From: an uncultured Acidimicrobiales bacterium
GTDB lineage: Bacteria; Actinomycetota; Acidimicrobiia; Acidimicrobiales; CALAML01
Assembly (NCBI GenBank): GCA_937925845.1
Contig: CALAML010000077.1
Location: 6,946 to 70,945 of the forward strand
DNA length: 64,000 nucleotides
Direction: 5' to 3'
The notes under the pieces were generated by a model. It was not told where the DNA came from. It saw nothing but the letters and a program-made list of their open reading frames with translations, and made no database searches. Position 1 is the stretch's first letter; every line of letters begins with the position of its first letter. The position numbers and the translations under genes were made by a program. This document shows, in pieces, positions 1 through 15,081 of the stretch.

Positions 1-270
1 GGCCTCGACGGCCCGGCTCTCTTCGACCGCACAGTCCTCACAGGAGAAGTAGACCATCGAGCCACCTGGACCAGGCGTGGCGTGGGCCATCTTGACCAGC
101 GCTCCCCCGGCGCCGTGCGAGCTGAAGTCGTCCTCGAACACCCGCATCACCACGGAGGGGTCGTTCGGGTCGTCCATCGCCGCCAATGTGGTGTCGAGCA
201 GGGCCTCGTAGAAGCCCTGGGCTCGATCCATGTCGTCAACGTAGATGTCGAAGAAGCCTACTTTTCTCAT
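1..270 (-). CDS. VOC/glyoxalase-family protein, partial (C-terminus runs off the window)
   Basis: Own translation of the minus strand from ATG (cat at 268-270): MRKVGFFDIYVDDMDRAQGFYEALLDTTLAAMDDPNDPSVVMRVFEDD... This is a glyoxalase/bleomycin-resistance-like N-terminus. An AAGGAA SD-like motif lies just upstream. Absent from the ORF track because no stop falls inside the window. Confidence 0.5.
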   Translation of the reverse strand, partial: MRKVGFFDIYVDDMDRAQGFYEALLDTTLAAMDDPNDPSVVMRVFEDDFSSHGAGGALVKMAHATPGPGGSMVYFSCEDCAVEESRAVEA

Positions 271-350
271 GACTGTTCCTTTCGCTGGGTGTGAGGCGCT
301 GTGCCTCAAGAACCACTAAAGCGAAAGGGCGGAAAACAAGATTGTAGATA

Positions 351-1088
351 TCAGACATCAAAGGTCTGGTTGAAGCGTTTGGGGGTGTAGCCGGTGACAT
401 ATCGGAACGAATGGGTGAAGTGCGACTGGTCGGCAAAGCTCAATAGGTAGTCGGCACGAAACGATTGCTGCACCCGCAACACCTTCAAGAAGTCATGTGG
501 TGAGAAGCCGGTTGTCTTCTTGAGGGTCCGCTGGAGCTGGCGCGGCGATAGCGCCGCCGCCTCGGCCATATCGGCCACGCTGTGAATCTCGTGCAGGCGG
601 CCAAGGATTGCCGATGTCACCGGGTTGGCGACCACCACCCCATCGCGGCGAAGGTTCTCGACGAACTCCGACAACACCGTGTGGCTGGCCTCAAAGTCGA
701 GTCCGGCGATCCGCTCGTTTGTTTCCACCAACGGAAGCGCACCCTGGTACGGCTCACCGACGTAGTGGTCGACAGACTGGTCGGGGTCGCCCCATACCCC
801 GGGGAAGAACTGCACGCCCCGGTAGTGAAACGACCGGCCCAGGTTGAGTGAGGTGTGGGTTGTGGCCAACGCCGTCACACCAGCGATTCGAGTGTCCGCC
901 AGGTCAAAGAGCAGGTTCACACACGCGTCGGGCATCGCATGCAGCGTGAAATCGGTCTCAAGCTCGGTTTCGGTCCGCAGCTCCCAGTAGCAGTGCACCA
1001 GGTCGGCCAGCTCAGCCGGTGGCAGGGCCTCGGTGTACACCACCGACTCCACCGACTTCTCAACGCCATCCTTCACCGGGTCATACAC
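351..1088 (-). CDS. AraC-family transcriptional regulator
   Basis: 245 aa ORF. The C-terminal HTH region (SPRQLQRTLKKTTGFSPHDFLKVLRVQQSF...FADQSHFTHSFRYVTGYTPKRF) is typical of AraC/XylS. Confidence 0.8.
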   Translation of the reverse strand: MYDPVKDGVEKSVESVVYTEALPPAELADLVHCYWELRTETELETDFTLHAMPDACVNLLFDLADTRIAGVTALATTHTSLNLGRSFHYRGVQFFPGVWGDPDQSVDHYVGEPYQGALPLVETNERIAGLDFEASHTVLSEFVENLRRDGVVVANPVTSAILGRLHEIHSVADMAEAAALSPRQLQRTLKKTTGFSPHDFLKVLRVQQSFRADYLLSFADQSHFTHSFRYVTGYTPKRFNQTFDV

Positions 1089-1285
1089 ACCCTCAACCCT
1101 AGAAGTTCAGCGCAGGCAGAGATGACAAGCGCTGGAGGCTCTGCCGCCCATGCCCTTCACGCGAGTTCGGTGGCGGCGAAGCCGTCCCGAACGGAGGCGC
1201 GTCAGGCTTGCGTATGAGCGCTGCCAAGCCCTGCGCTCGCACTGCCCTTCGGGCAGGGCGGAGCGGCGCGAACTAGCAAAAGGAA

Positions 1286-5299
<4,014 letters not shown>

Positions 5300-5427
5300 G
5301 GGACCTGCCTGATTTCGCAAAGGGTGGATCGGTGGCGCGTGCGGAGCACGGTGGCGTAGGGCTGGCGGTGGTGGCGCTGCGTTTCGGCGGCGTCACCGAC
5401 CGGACCGGCCCAGTGAAGGGGTTGAGA

Positions 5428-8400
5428 TTATGAGCGGGCCGCACGGGCGGCTTCGCGCCGGGCGTCCTCTTCGTCGCTGCCTCGCTCGGGGCGGGACAGG
5501 TCGATGCCGAGTTCTTCGGCGGTTCGGAAGATGTCTTCGTCGAGTTCCTGCATGGGGATCTCGGCGCCGACGTCGTCCTTGACCTCGACGTTGAGGCAAA
5601 GGGCCTGCATTTCCTTGATGAGCACCTTGAAGCTCTCGGGGATGCCGGGCTCGGGGATGTTCTCGCCCTTGACGATGGCTTCGTAGACCTTGACTCGGCC
5701 GAGAACATCGTCGGACTTGATGGTGAGCAGCTCCTGCAAGCAGTAGGCCGCGCCGTAGGCCTCGAGGGCCCACACTTCCATCTCACCGAAGCGCTGACCA
5801 CCGAACTGGGCCTTACCACCGAGCGGCTGCTGGGTGATCATGGAGTACGGGCCGGTGGAGCGGGCGTGGATCTTGTCATCGACAAGGTGGGCCAGCTTCA
5901 GGATGTAGACGTACCCGAGGGTGATCCGGTTGTCGTACTTTTCGCCGGTGCGGCCGTCGTAGAGCTCAGCCTTACCGTCGGTGCCGATGATGCGGTCGCC
6001 GCTGCGGGCTTCCGGGTGCAGGTTGGCCAGAATGTTCTGGATCGTCGGGTGACGCCCAGCAAGTTCCTGTTCGTCCCACTTGGCGCCGTCGAACACCGGG
6101 GTGGCCACGAGGGTGGACGGGGTGGTGTTCGTGCGGGTCTTTTCTTCGGTACCGCGCAGCGGGGCGATGCCCACATCGGTGCCGTCGACGTCCCAGCCCC
6201 AGCGAGCGGCGTAGCCGAGGTGCGCTTCGAGCACCTGGCCCACGTTCATGCGGGACGGAACACCCAGCGGGTTCAAGATGATGTCGACCGGCGTACCGTC
6301 GGCGGTAAAGGGCATGTCTTCGATCGGAAGGATCCGCGAGATCACGCCCTTGTTGCCGTGGCGGCCAGCGAGCTTGTCGCCCACCGAGATCTTGCGCTTC
6401 TGGCCCACGTAGACCCGCACCAGCTGGTTGACGCCGGGCGGCAGTTCGTGGGACTCGTCGCGGCTGAACACCTTGACGTCGATGACCTTGCCGGTCTCGC
6501 CGTGAGGCACCTTGAGCGAGGTGTCGCGGACTTCACGGGCCTTCTCACCAAAGATAGCCCGCAGGAGCCGCTCTTCAGGGGTCAGCTCGGTTTCGCCCTT
6601 GGGCGTGACCTTTCCGACCAGCACATCGCCGGGACCGACTTCGGCACCGATGCGCACGATGCCCCGCTCATCCAAGTCGGCGAGGATGTCCTCGGCCAGG
6701 TTCGGGATGTCACGGGTGATTTCTTCGGCACCGAGCTTGGTGTCGCGGGCGTCGATCTCGTGCTTGTGGATGTGGATCGAGGTGAGCACGTCGTCTTTGA
6801 CGAGACGCTCGCTCAGGATGATCGCATCCTCGAAGTTGTAACCCTCCCAGGACATGAAGGCCACGAGCAGGTTCTTGCCGAGGGCCAACTCGCCGTGGTC
6901 GGTCGAGGGACCGTCGGCGATCAGGTCGCCTTCGGCCAAGGTGTCGCCTTCGCTGACGCGGGGGCGCTGGTTGATGCAGGTGTCCTGGTTGGAGCGTTCG
7001 AACTTCAACAGGCGGTAGACCTTGCGGCCGAGCTTGTTGTACTCAACCACGATCTCGCTGCCGGAAACCTCGGTAACCGTGCCCGCGTCTTCGGCAAGGA
7101 TCATGTCGGCGGCGTCGTGGGCGGCCCGCTTTTCAATGCCGGTACCGATGTAGGGCGCCTCGGCGCGGATCAGGGGAACCGCTTGGCGCTGCATGTTGGC
7201 GCCCATCAGGGCCCGGTTGGCATCGTCGTGCTCAAGGAAGGGAATGAGGGCGGTAGCGACCGAAACGATCTGCTTCGGCGACACGTCCATCATCTGGACT
7301 TCCTCGGGCGACACCGCCGAGATTTCGGTGGTGGCACCGAAGAAGGTGTCTCGTTCGAGCTGAAGCTTCAGGCCTTCCAGGGTGGCGGCCTGCGGCGAAC
7401 GACGCACGAGGATGCGGTCGTTCTTAAACGTCATGTCGTCGTTGAGCCCGGCGTTGGCCTGGGCGACGACGTATTCCTCTTCTTCGTCGGCGGCGAGCCA
7501 GACGATGTCGTTGGTGACCTTGCCCTTGACCACCTTGCGGTAGGGGGACTCGATAAAGCCGAAACTGTTGACCCGGGCGTAGCTAGCCAGGGCACCGATG
7601 AGACCGATGTTCGGGCCCTCCGGGGTCTCGATCGGACACATACGGCCGTAGTGACTGAAGTGCACGTCTCGAACTTCGAAGCCGGCCCGCTCACGGGAGA
7701 GTCCGCCCGGCCCGAGGGCCGAGAGACGACGACGGTGGGTCAGACCCGAGAGCGGGTTGACCTGGTCCATGAACTGGCTGAGCTGGCTGGTTCCGAAGAA
7801 CTCCTTGATCGCGGCCACAACGGGGCGGATGTTGATCAGGGTCTGCGGGGTGATCGCTTCGACGTCCTGGGTCGTCATGCGCTCACGCACCACCCGCTCC
7901 ATACGGCTGAGGCCGATTCGCAGCTGGTTCTGGATCAGCTCGCCGACCGAGCGGATGCGTCGGTTGGCGAAGTGGTCCTGATCATCAAGGCGGTACCCGG
8001 GGGTAGCGCTCACGAGGTTCAGCATGTAGGTGGTGGCGGCGAGAATCTCGCACTCGTTCAGCACCGACTGCGTCTCCTCGGGGAGATCGAAGTCGAGCTT
8101 GAACATTTCTTGCAGCTTCTTGATTTCGGGCCCGAGCTTGCGGTTTAGCTTGTAGCGACCAACCCGGCTGAGGTCGTAGCGACGAGGCTCGAAGAAGGCG
8201 TTCTTGAAGTAGTTGCGGGCCGAATCGATCGTGGGCGGTTCGCCCGGCCGGGCCCGCTTGTAGATCTCGATCAGCGCTTCGTCCTGGGTCGGGAACAGTT
8301 CCCGGTCCTTTTCCCACTGGCCTTCGAGGAAGTCGAAGTGGCGCACAAACTTCTCCAGGAAGCCCGGTGCGTTCTCTTCGTCGTAGCCGAGGGCGCGAAG

Positions 8401-9015
8401 CAGCACAAAGAGGCTGATCCGGCGCTTGCGAGCGACGCGACAGCCCGCGGTGACGTCCTTGCCGGGCTTGTGCTCTACGTCAAACTCGATCCATTCACCG
8501 CGGTAGGGGTGGATGGTGCCGGTCACCAACTGGTGCTTCGACAGGTTACGAAGGCGGTACCGCTCACCAGGCTGGAAGATGACGCCTGGGCTTCGCACCA
8601 GCTGCGACACCACGACACGCTCGGTGCCGTTGATGACGAAGGTGCCCTTGTCGGTCATCACGGGGAAGTCGCCCATGAAGACGGTCTGTTCTTTGATCTC
8701 GCCGGTGGTGGCGTTCATGAACCGGGCCCGCACGAAGATCGGCGAGCTGTAGGTCATGTCCTTGACCTTGCACTCTTCCACGGAGAACTTCGGCGGTGGC
8801 CGAAGGTCCTCATCGGAGGAGTCGAACTCCAGCTCAAGCTGGAGGGTTTCGGTAAAGTCCTTGATGGGACTGATATCAGCGAACGTCTCCGCAAGTCCGC
8901 TTTCGAGCAACCACTCGAAAGACTTGCGTTGGACGGCAATCAGGTCGGGAAGCTGGAGAGCCTCTTCGAGATTGCCGAAGGAGTAGCGGTCGCGAACACC
9001 TGAGCGTGACGGCAC
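5428..9015 (-). CDS. rpoB: DNA-directed RNA polymerase subunit beta
   Basis: 1195 aa with canonical RpoB blocks ([53 protein letters not shown]). GTG start preceded by GAGGAG. Confidence 0.97.
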   Translation of the reverse strand: MPSRSGVRDRYSFGNLEEALQLPDLIAVQRKSFEWLLESGLAETFADISPIKDFTETLQLELEFDSSDEDLRPPPKFSVEECKVKDMTYSSPIFVRARFMNATTGEIKEQTVFMGDFPVMTDKGTFVINGTERVVVSQLVRSPGVIFQPGERYRLRNLSKHQLVTGTIHPYRGEWIEFDVEHKPGKDVTAGCRVARKRRISLFVLLRALGYDEENAPGFLEKFVRHFDFLEGQWEKDRELFPTQDEALIEIYKRARPGEPPTIDSARNYFKNAFFEPRRYDLSRVGRYKLNRKLGPEIKKLQEMFKLDFDLPEETQSVLNECEILAATTYMLNLVSATPGYRLDDQDHFANRRIRSVGELIQNQLRIGLSRMERVVRERMTTQDVEAITPQTLINIRPVVAAIKEFFGTSQLSQFMDQVNPLSGLTHRRRLSALGPGGLSRERAGFEVRDVHFSHYGRMCPIETPEGPNIGLIGALASYARVNSFGFIESPYRKVVKGKVTNDIVWLAADEEEEYVVAQANAGLNDDMTFKNDRILVRRSPQAATLEGLKLQLERDTFFGATTEISAVSPEEVQMMDVSPKQIVSVATALIPFLEHDDANRALMGANMQRQAVPLIRAEAPYIGTGIEKRAAHDAADMILAEDAGTVTEVSGSEIVVEYNKLGRKVYRLLKFERSNQDTCINQRPRVSEGDTLAEGDLIADGPSTDHGELALGKNLLVAFMSWEGYNFEDAIILSERLVKDDVLTSIHIHKHEIDARDTKLGAEEITRDIPNLAEDILADLDERGIVRIGAEVGPGDVLVGKVTPKGETELTPEERLLRAIFGEKAREVRDTSLKVPHGETGKVIDVKVFSRDESHELPPGVNQLVRVYVGQKRKISVGDKLAGRHGNKGVISRILPIEDMPFTADGTPVDIILNPLGVPSRMNVGQVLEAHLGYAARWGWDVDGTDVGIAPLRGTEEKTRTNTTPSTLVATPVFDGAKWDEQELAGRHPTIQNILANLHPEARSGDRIIGTDGKAELYDGRTGEKYDNRITLGYVYILKLAHLVDDKIHARSTGPYSMITQQPLGGKAQFGGQRFGEMEVWALEAYGAAYCLQELLTIKSDDVLGRVKVYEAIVKGENIPEPGIPESFKVLIKEMQALCLNVEVKDDVGAEIPMQELDEDIFRTAEELGIDLSRPERGSDEEDARREAARAARS

Positions 9016-9492
9016 AGGATCTCCTCGATGGGGTTTTGGGTGGCCGGGATTGACGTCAAAGGCACTGCTGTACTGCTGCAGTAGATATTGCGGCGAAAAA
9101 CACCGCGAAGCCGTGTGCGCGATTCAACCCACTTTCCGCAAGGAGCGGGGGTGGGGGAAACGTCAGGCACGGCAACGCCGTAGCATAGTTTGTTACGCGC
9201 TGAAATACAACCCCACGTCAATCCACGCTTTCACCACCAGTGGTGGGCTTGCGACACCATGAGGTACTGGGAGTTCGCCGAATCCAGCGAACGGTCCTCA
9301 TCCTCCCGGGTTCTCGCCGAGTGATTGGCTGTGGGGTTCTACGAAATCTCTGGTGAGAGATCGTAGAAGCGCGGCACCAGCACGGTCAAGCCCCGACACC
9401 CGATCGTGAAGATCGAACAGCGGGGCCCAGCCGTGCTGGCGACAAAGGAATGAAACCGTTACGGCGCTACGGGAGCGCCGCACCGGCGGGAA

Positions 9493-9870
9493 CTACTTGA
9501 GTTCGACGGTGGCGCCAACGCCTTCGAGGGCTTCCTTGGCCTTCTCGGCGTCTTCCTTCGAAGCGTTCTCGAGCACGGGCCCGGGGGCGTTGTCCACGAG
9601 GTCCTTGGCTTCCTTGAGTCCGAGGCTGGTGAGGCCACGGACTTCCTTGATCACCTTGATCTTCTGGTCGCCGGCTTCGGCGAGGATGACGTCGAATTCA
9701 TCCTTCTCTTCAGCAGCCGGGCCGGCGTCGCCGCCGCCACCGGCGGCAGCAACGGCCACGGGGGCCGCGGCGGTCACGCCGAACTTCTCTTCAAACTCGC
9801 TCAGCAGCTCGCTCAGTTCGAGCACGCTCATGCCGGCGATGGCATCGAGAATCTCTTCCTTGGTTGCCAT
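9493..9870 (-). CDS. rplL: 50S ribosomal protein L7/L12
   Basis: 125 aa with an Ala/Gly hinge and the C-terminal [22 protein letters not shown]...[13 protein letters not shown]. Confidence 0.97.
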   Translation of the reverse strand: MATKEEILDAIAGMSVLELSELLSEFEEKFGVTAAAPVAVAAAGGGGDAGPAAEEKDEFDVILAEAGDQKIKVIKEVRGLTSLGLKEAKDLVDNAPGPVLENASKEDAEKAKEALEGVGATVELK

Positions 9871-9873
9871 TGA

Positions 9874-10722
9874 TCAGCCCTCCTCGGGGTTTTCTTCAGT
9901 CTCGGTTTCGGTTGTGTCGGTTTCTTCAGCAGCCGGTTCGGCCGCCTCTTCAGCTGGTGCTGCGTCTTCGGGTGCTGCATCTTCGGCGGGCGCCGCCTCA
10001 GCAGCTGGGGCCTCATCAGCGGGTGCTTCTTCGGCCGGAGCCTCTTCAGCTGCTTCTTCAGCCGGAGCTTCAGCAGCGGGTGCATCCTCGGCTGGTGCGT
10101 CTGCGGATGCTGTGTCTTCTTCGGCCGGAGCCTCATCAGCAGCTGCTGCTTCTTCAGCCGGAGCATCGGCAGGGGCGCCCGGGGCTCCCCCTTCGGCGAT
10201 AAGAGCCGAGAGTCCGTAGGCGAAGTTTTGCGGGATGGCCTTGAGCAACGCCGCGAACTTCTGCATCGGTGCAGCAAATCCACCGGCGAGGCGGGCGAGC
10301 AGTTCGTCTCGCGAGGCGACCTTGGAGAGCTGGTCGATCTCGTCGGGCGTCAGCGGTGCGCCGTCGAGCAGCCCGCCCTTGATCACCAGTTCCGGATGGG
10401 CCTTGGCGAAGCCGGTCAGGGCTTTGGCTACCGATACCGGGTCACCCTTGGTGCCGTCCTCAGCGTCGCTCACAAAGGTGATCGCCGTGGGGCCGGTCAG
10501 GTGCTCGTCGATGTCGATCTCAAGTTCGGCCGTGGCAAAGCGCACCAGGGTGTTCTTGTAGATCTTGAACTCGCCGTTACCTTCGCGCAGGGATCGACGC
10601 AGTTCTGCGAGATCGGCCACGTTCAGACCACGGTATTCGGTGAGCACCGCAGCGTCGGCGGCGGCGAACTTCTCTTTCACCTCGGCGACTACTGCGACCT
10701 TTTCTGGTCTTGGCTCATCCAT
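9874..10722 (-). CDS. rplJ: 50S ribosomal protein L10 with a C-terminal acidic Ala/Glu/Pro-rich extension of about 105 aa
   Basis: The L10 core starts at MDEPRPEKVAVVAEVKEKF (ATG at 10720-10722, GGAGG upstream). The track ORF start at 10836 is probably too far upstream. The core ends near ...FAYGLSALIAEGG and a low-complexity tail follows. The stop lies 3 nt before the rplL ATG. Confidence 0.9.
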   Translation of the reverse strand: MDEPRPEKVAVVAEVKEKFAAADAAVLTEYRGLNVADLAELRRSLREGNGEFKIYKNTLVRFATAELEIDIDEHLTGPTAITFVSDAEDGTKGDPVSVAKALTGFAKAHPELVIKGGLLDGAPLTPDEIDQLSKVASRDELLARLAGGFAAPMQKFAALLKAIPQNFAYGLSALIAEGGAPGAPADAPAEEAAAADEAPAEEDTASADAPAEDAPAAEAPAEEAAEEAPAEEAPADEAPAAEAAPAEDAAPEDAAPAEEAAEPAAEETDTTETETEENPEEG

Positions 10723-10997
10723 ACGGACCTCCTGGCTGGGAGCGGAAACAGGGAAATCTTGAGAGTGCTTGGAAATAAAGGTGGGCGTCCGCAGAAGCGA
10801 ACGCCCAAACCAGCGGAGCCGGCAGTGGATGTTCACCTCGTCGGGCGGGCGTTCCTCGGGGAGGGCGCCCTTTCAGCGGTAGCTCTGGCCTTTCGACTCA
10901 AGCGATCGCACCGGATGTCTTCGGCGGACAGTGTCGGTTGTGGGTATTGCAGATCGTTGGCGCACAGCGCCGACCGACAAGCCTAGCGACTTCGGAG

Positions 10998-11684
10998 TTA
11001 GTTCAGACGGCCCGGGTCGATCTTGACGCCGGGGCCCATGGTGGACGAGACGGTGACCTTCTTGAAGAATCGGCCCTTGGAACTGGCTGGCTTGGCCCGG
11101 TCAAGCTCATCGATCAGTGCCGCCATGTTGGCCATGAGATCCTCTGAGGAGAACGAGGCCTTGCCGATCGGCACGTGGACGTTGCCGTACTTGTCGGTGC
11201 GGTACTCAACCTTGCCGCCCTTGAACTCCCCGACGGCCTTGGCCACGTCGGGGGTCACGGTCCCGGTCTTGGGGTTGGGCATAAGACCGCGGGGTCCGAG
11301 GACCCGGCCGAGCTTGCCCACCAGCGGCATCATGTCGGGGGTGGCGATCGCTACGTCGAAGTCGGTCATGCCACCCTCGATCTGGGCGGCCAGGTCGTCG
11401 GCACCCACCAGGTCGGCGCCCGCTTCGGTGGCTTTGGTGGCTGCTTCACCCTGAGCGAAGACGGCAACCTTGACGTCCTTACCGGTTCCGGAAGGCAGGG
11501 CCACGGTACCGCGGAGCTGCTCTTCGGCCTTGCGGGGGTCAACGCCGAGGTTCAGCGAGAGGTCGATGCTCTCGTCAAACTTGGCGGTGGCCAGGCCCTT
11601 GGCCAACTCGACCGCTTCCGCGGCGGAGTGCAGTTGTTCGCCGTCAAAACGCTTGGCGGCGTCGGTGTATCGCTTGTTCGCCAT
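10998..11684 (-). CDS. rplA: 50S ribosomal protein L1
   Basis: 228 aa with typical L1 sequence ([38 protein letters not shown]). Confidence 0.96.
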   Translation of the reverse strand: MANKRYTDAAKRFDGEQLHSAAEAVELAKGLATAKFDESIDLSLNLGVDPRKAEEQLRGTVALPSGTGKDVKVAVFAQGEAATKATEAGADLVGADDLAAQIEGGMTDFDVAIATPDMMPLVGKLGRVLGPRGLMPNPKTGTVTPDVAKAVGEFKGGKVEYRTDKYGNVHVPIGKASFSSEDLMANMAALIDELDRAKPASSKGRFFKKVTVSSTMGPGVKIDPGRLN

Positions 11685-11783
11685 GATTGGCTCCCTCGTT
11701 GTAGTGGTTCTTCCGTGGCCAGCCGCGAGGTGAGCGACCGTACCTGGATTGGTTGGTAAGACCGGGTTGCCCCGTGTCGGGTC

Positions 11784-12209
11784 TTACTTGACGACGATGC
11801 CCATCGACCGTGCGGTGCCAGCAACCTGCGCCTTGGCGGCGTCGATGTCGTTGGCGTTGAGGTCCGGCATCTTGATTTCGGCGATCTCGGTGAGCTGGGC
11901 GTCGGTGACCGAGCCCACTTCCTCACGACCAACCTCCGAAGCGCCTTTGGCCACCTTGGCCGCATCCCGCAGAAGCACCGCGGTGGGCGGGGTCTTGGTG
12001 ATGAAGTCGAAGGAGCGGTCTTCGTAGATGGTGATCTCTGCCGGGATGACCGTGCCTCGCTGGGCTTCGGTCTTGGCGTTGTACGCCTTGCAGAAATCCA
12101 TGATGGCCACACCGTGGGGACCGAGCGCGGTACCAACCGGGGGTGCCGGCGAAGCTTGACCCGCCGGGATCTGGATCTTGACGAGCGCTATGACATTCTT
12201 CTTGGCCAT
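11784..12209 (-). CDS. rplK: 50S ribosomal protein L11
   Basis: 141 aa, [34 protein letters not shown]... Confidence 0.96.
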   Translation of the reverse strand: MAKKNVIALVKIQIPAGQASPAPPVGTALGPHGVAIMDFCKAYNAKTEAQRGTVIPAEITIYEDRSFDFITKTPPTAVLLRDAAKVAKGASEVGREEVGSVTDAQLTEIAEIKMPDLNANDIDAAKAQVAGTARSMGIVVK

Positions 12210-12488
12210 ACGGCATATTTCCTAGCGTTGAAGTGCGGCAATCAGTCTGGGCACAAAGAGATAAATAAACAACCTGGGGTTCTGGTTCATTCTGCAAGGC
12301 GAGGTCCAGCCTAGAGCTGTTGGCCTCACGGGCCGGAGCGCATCGGCGGGTCCGGAGAGCGCAGCGAGTTGCCCGAGTACTGCGAGGGACGAGCAGCGGG
12401 CTCCCCCAGGGAGACCGAACGAGACCAAATCCGCAGCGCGGCATGAAGGAGCGCCAGCGACGACTGCCGCCTTGCGGCAATGAACCGG

Positions 12489-13472
12489 CTACAACTTAGC
12501 GATTTGGGCGAACTCGAGCTCGACTGGGGTCTCTCGACCGAAGATGTTGACCAACACCTTGACCTTGAGCTGCTCTTCGTTGATCTCGACGATTTCGCCG
12601 GTGAAGTCGGCGAAGGGGCCCTGCTTGACTCGCACGCTCTCGTTGAGTTCGTACTCGAGCCGGGGGCGGGCGCTCTTGGTGGCGGTTTCGCCCTCGGGAG
12701 CTGCGGCCAGGAACTTCTCGACGTCGCGTCGCCGCAGGGGTACCGGGCGGTTGCCCTGGTGCACGAACCCGGTGATACCTGGGGTTTGGCGTACCACGTA
12801 CCAGGCGTCGTCGGAGAGTTCGAGCCGCACCAGCAGGTAGCCGGGGAAGACTTTCTTCGGAACAACAACCTTCTTGCCGTTCTTGAACTCGACGACGTCT
12901 TCCATCGGAATGACGACCTCGTAGATCCGGTCTTCCATGTTCATCGACACGGAGCGGGCTTCGAGGTTTTGCTTCACCTTCTTCTCGTGGCCCGACTGGG
13001 TGTGGACCACGAACCATTGACCCGGCCGGTCATAGGGGCTTTCGGCTCTGGGAGCTGACTCGGCCAGCAACTGGTCCTCGTCGAGGACTTCGACACCTTC
13101 ACCGGCGTCGGCGGCTTCGCCGGGTGCGGCGGCCGAGGCCGTCTCGGTCTCCGAATCCCCTTCGCCAGCATCGGAGTTGTCAGCCGAGCTTTCGGCGGTA
13201 TCGGTTGCAGGTTCGTCGGCCGTGGGTTCTTCGGCTTCTGCCACAGGCTCTTCAGCGGCTGGGGCTTCGGCTGAAGCGGGGTCTGGGGTTGGTTCGGGCT
13301 CGCTGGCGGTCGCACCATCGTCGGCCGACTCCGTGGCCACGTCGCCAGCAGTCGGTGCGTCAGTCTCAACGGCTTCGGTGACCTCAGCCGCACTCGCGGG
13401 CTCGGGCGCGCCAGCGTGGTCGGCAACTTCTGGAGAAGTGGCGTCGGTAGGCGTTTCGGAAGTGTCAGTCAT
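12489..13472 (-). CDS. nusG: Transcription termination/antitermination factor NusG with an acidic N-terminal extension
   Basis: The C-terminal 190 aa or so are the NGN plus KOW domains ([19 protein letters not shown]..., [37 protein letters not shown]). The N-terminal 135 aa or so are Asp/Glu/Ala/Thr/Pro-rich. Confidence 0.93.
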   Translation of the reverse strand: MTDTSETPTDATSPEVADHAGAPEPASAAEVTEAVETDAPTAGDVATESADDGATASEPEPTPDPASAEAPAAEEPVAEAEEPTADEPATDTAESSADNSDAGEGDSETETASAAAPGEAADAGEGVEVLDEDQLLAESAPRAESPYDRPGQWFVVHTQSGHEKKVKQNLEARSVSMNMEDRIYEVVIPMEDVVEFKNGKKVVVPKKVFPGYLLVRLELSDDAWYVVRQTPGITGFVHQGNRPVPLRRRDVEKFLAAAPEGETATKSARPRLEYELNESVRVKQGPFADFTGEIVEINEEQLKVKVLVNIFGRETPVELEFAQIAKL

Positions 13473-13546
13473 CGTCGCTTCACGGGCGTTTGGGCCTCAC
13501 GCAAGAATGCGTGGGCAACGGTATGTGGTTAGTGCTCTGCCAGACG

Positions 13547-13858
13547 TTATACGTCGAACAGCAGCAACACGAGTTGACCGAAGAGCCAATCCAGCCCGTA
13601 GATCATCGCGGTGACAATCACCAGGGTGATGAAGACGACGATCGAGTAGTTGATGACCTCAGCGCGGGTAGGCCAGGCCACCTTTCGGAGCTCTCCCCGA
13701 ACCTCGCTGGCGAACTGCACCGGGCCAACGCGATCTTCTTTGGTCTTTGGTGCTTCGCGGGGGCCGGACGGCTTGCGTTTGGTCTGGACTGCTTCGCCGT
13801 CTTCGCCAATTTCGCCCTGACGTTGAAGCAGACGCCGCTGCTCTCGGTTCATGGCCAT
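13547..13858 (-). CDS. secE: Preprotein translocase subunit SecE
   Basis: 103 aa with a basic N-terminus, the conserved motif ELRKVAWPTRAEV and one C-terminal TM helix. Sits in the canonical position upstream of nusG. Confidence 0.88.
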   Translation of the reverse strand: MAMNREQRRLLQRQGEIGEDGEAVQTKRKPSGPREAPKTKEDRVGPVQFASEVRGELRKVAWPTRAEVINYSIVVFITLVIVTAMIYGLDWLFGQLVLLLFDV

Positions 13859-13930
13859 TGTGCTGGTGGGCCTTTCATCATGGGTCTCGGGTTGCGCTTC
13901 GGCGATGGATGGGTCTTCGGTTGTACTTCG

Positions 13931-14003
13931 CAGGGCAGGAGGGACTTGAACCCGCAGCCTTCGGTTTTGGAGACCGATGCTCTACCAGTTGAGCTACTGC
14001 CCT
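13931..14003 (-). tRNA. tRNA-Trp (anticodon CCA)
   Basis: Minus-strand sequence AGGGCAGTAGCTCAACTGGTAGAGCATCGGTCTCCAAAACCGAAGGCTGCGGGTTCAAGTCCCTCCTGCCCTG folds as a cloverleaf. The anticodon loop is CTCCAAA and the T-loop is GGTTCAAGTCC. CCA is not encoded. Canonical position 5' of secE. Confidence 0.92.
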
Positions 14004-14313
14004 TTTCACGCTTTCGCGTCTGCGCAGGATAGCACTACTACCATACGCTCCCCACGACATATTCAGTGGTCGTGCCGCCACCGCAGTCACCAAAGCAGGG
14101 CGATTTCGAAGCCCTAAATGGCGCGATTTCGGTTCGTTCGAAGCCGAAACCACTACCAGAATCCAGTAAATCCGCGGCCAAAGCGCCTTGAACCGGTAGG
14201 CGAAGCGGCTGGAGGCCACAGCACGCGACATCCGAAAACACTCGGTAAACACGGCCTTCAGCAGGGTCGCGAGGCGCGGCTGGTCTCCTACCCGCGCCGA
14301 GTGACGGACCGAA

Positions 14314-14934
14314 TCAGCTCGCTTCTTCGAGGATTTCGGCGTCGTGGCGGAGTTGGCGGCGGGCCCGGTGGAGGCGGACCTTTGCTGCCGATTCGGTGAT
14401 GTCGAGGACTTCGGCGATCTCGCGATGCGGCAGGTCGTAGATGTCTCGCAGCACCACCACCTCCCGCAGTTTCGGCGGTAGCCGCGACAGCGCATCTCCC
14501 ACTCGGGCTCTCAGCTGCACCCGATCCACATGGGTTTCGGGCTGGTTTTCGGGACACTCATCCACGACGTCGACGCCTCGGTCGGGGTCATCCAGGTCGT
14601 CATGGCGCCAGCGCCGGCCCTTGGTTTTGGCCGTCGACGCCACGTTGCAAGTGATGCGGTAAAGCCAGGTGCCGAACTGGGCGTCACCGCGGAACCGGCG
14701 CAGGCTGCGGAAGGCCCGCAGATAGGTTTCCTGGACGACGTCGCCGGCATCGTCTTCGTTCGAGGTCAGCCGCAGAGCCAGCCGGTAGATATCGGCCTGG
14801 GTGCGCTCCACCAGGGTACGGAACGCGTCCCGGTCCCCGTCCTGAGCCTGGGCGATTAACTCAGACTCAGTTCCGTCATGACCAGTGCGGCCGCGGCGTC
14901 TTGTCGGTGGTGAAGCGACGGTGGTACTGGACAT
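14314..14934 (-). CDS. ECF-type RNA polymerase sigma-70 family factor
   Basis: Region 2 (DAFRTLVERTQADIYRLALRLT...DVVQETYLRAFRSLRRF) and region 4 (LPPKLREVVVLRDIYDLPHREIAEVLDITESAAKVRLHRARRQL). The likely start is MSSTTVAS (ATG at 14932-14934). The track ORF extends to 15129. Confidence 0.85.
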   Translation of the reverse strand: MSSTTVASPPTRRRGRTGHDGTESELIAQAQDGDRDAFRTLVERTQADIYRLALRLTSNEDDAGDVVQETYLRAFRSLRRFRGDAQFGTWLYRITCNVASTAKTKGRRWRHDDLDDPDRGVDVVDECPENQPETHVDRVQLRARVGDALSRLPPKLREVVVLRDIYDLPHREIAEVLDITESAAKVRLHRARRQLRHDAEILEEAS

Positions 14935-15081
14935 CAAGGCTCTTCCCGCGTCTGTTGAATCATCGAAATGAGGCGCATAACCACCCTTGCCGGTAACCGA
15001 GCGGTAACCAAGTAGCCCCACAATCAATGTGCCACAGCAGTCGCTTTGCGCCCCATCAGCACCACTCTTCGCCCCAAAAGC

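Noticed and set aside
5866-8148. 760-aa plus-strand ORF antisense to rpoB
   Set aside because: Shadow ORF of rpoB, for the same reasons as above.
9016-9492. 477-nt rplL-rpoB intergenic region with hairpins (9339-9366 and GGCGCTACGGGAGCGCC at 9463-9479) as a specific attenuator or ncRNA
   Set aside because: A long structured spacer with partial termination between rplL and rpoB is expected from other bacteria. I cannot define a specific conserved element or its boundaries by eye.
10723-10997. Candidate L10 leader (rplJ 5' UTR) and L1-binding leader upstream of rplK (12210-12488)
   Set aside because: Autoregulatory leaders are expected at these positions, and both spacers are long (about 275 nt). 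I could not identify the conserved secondary-structure elements without a covariance-model scan, so neither is reported as a feature.
12489-13472. NusG N-terminal acidic extension as a novelty
   Set aside because: N-terminally extended NusG proteins are, to my knowledge, common in Actinomycetota. I note it only as part of the acidic low-complexity theme, not as a separate finding.
13878-14231. Possible small membrane anti-sigma ORF downstream of the ECF sigma gene (MSRAVASSRFAYRFKALWPRIYWILVVVSAS...)
   Set aside because: The frame runs straight through the tRNA-Trp gene, contains several rare codons (tta, gta, att) and has no recognisable anti-sigma (zinc-binding or RskA-like) motif. It remains a remote possibility only.
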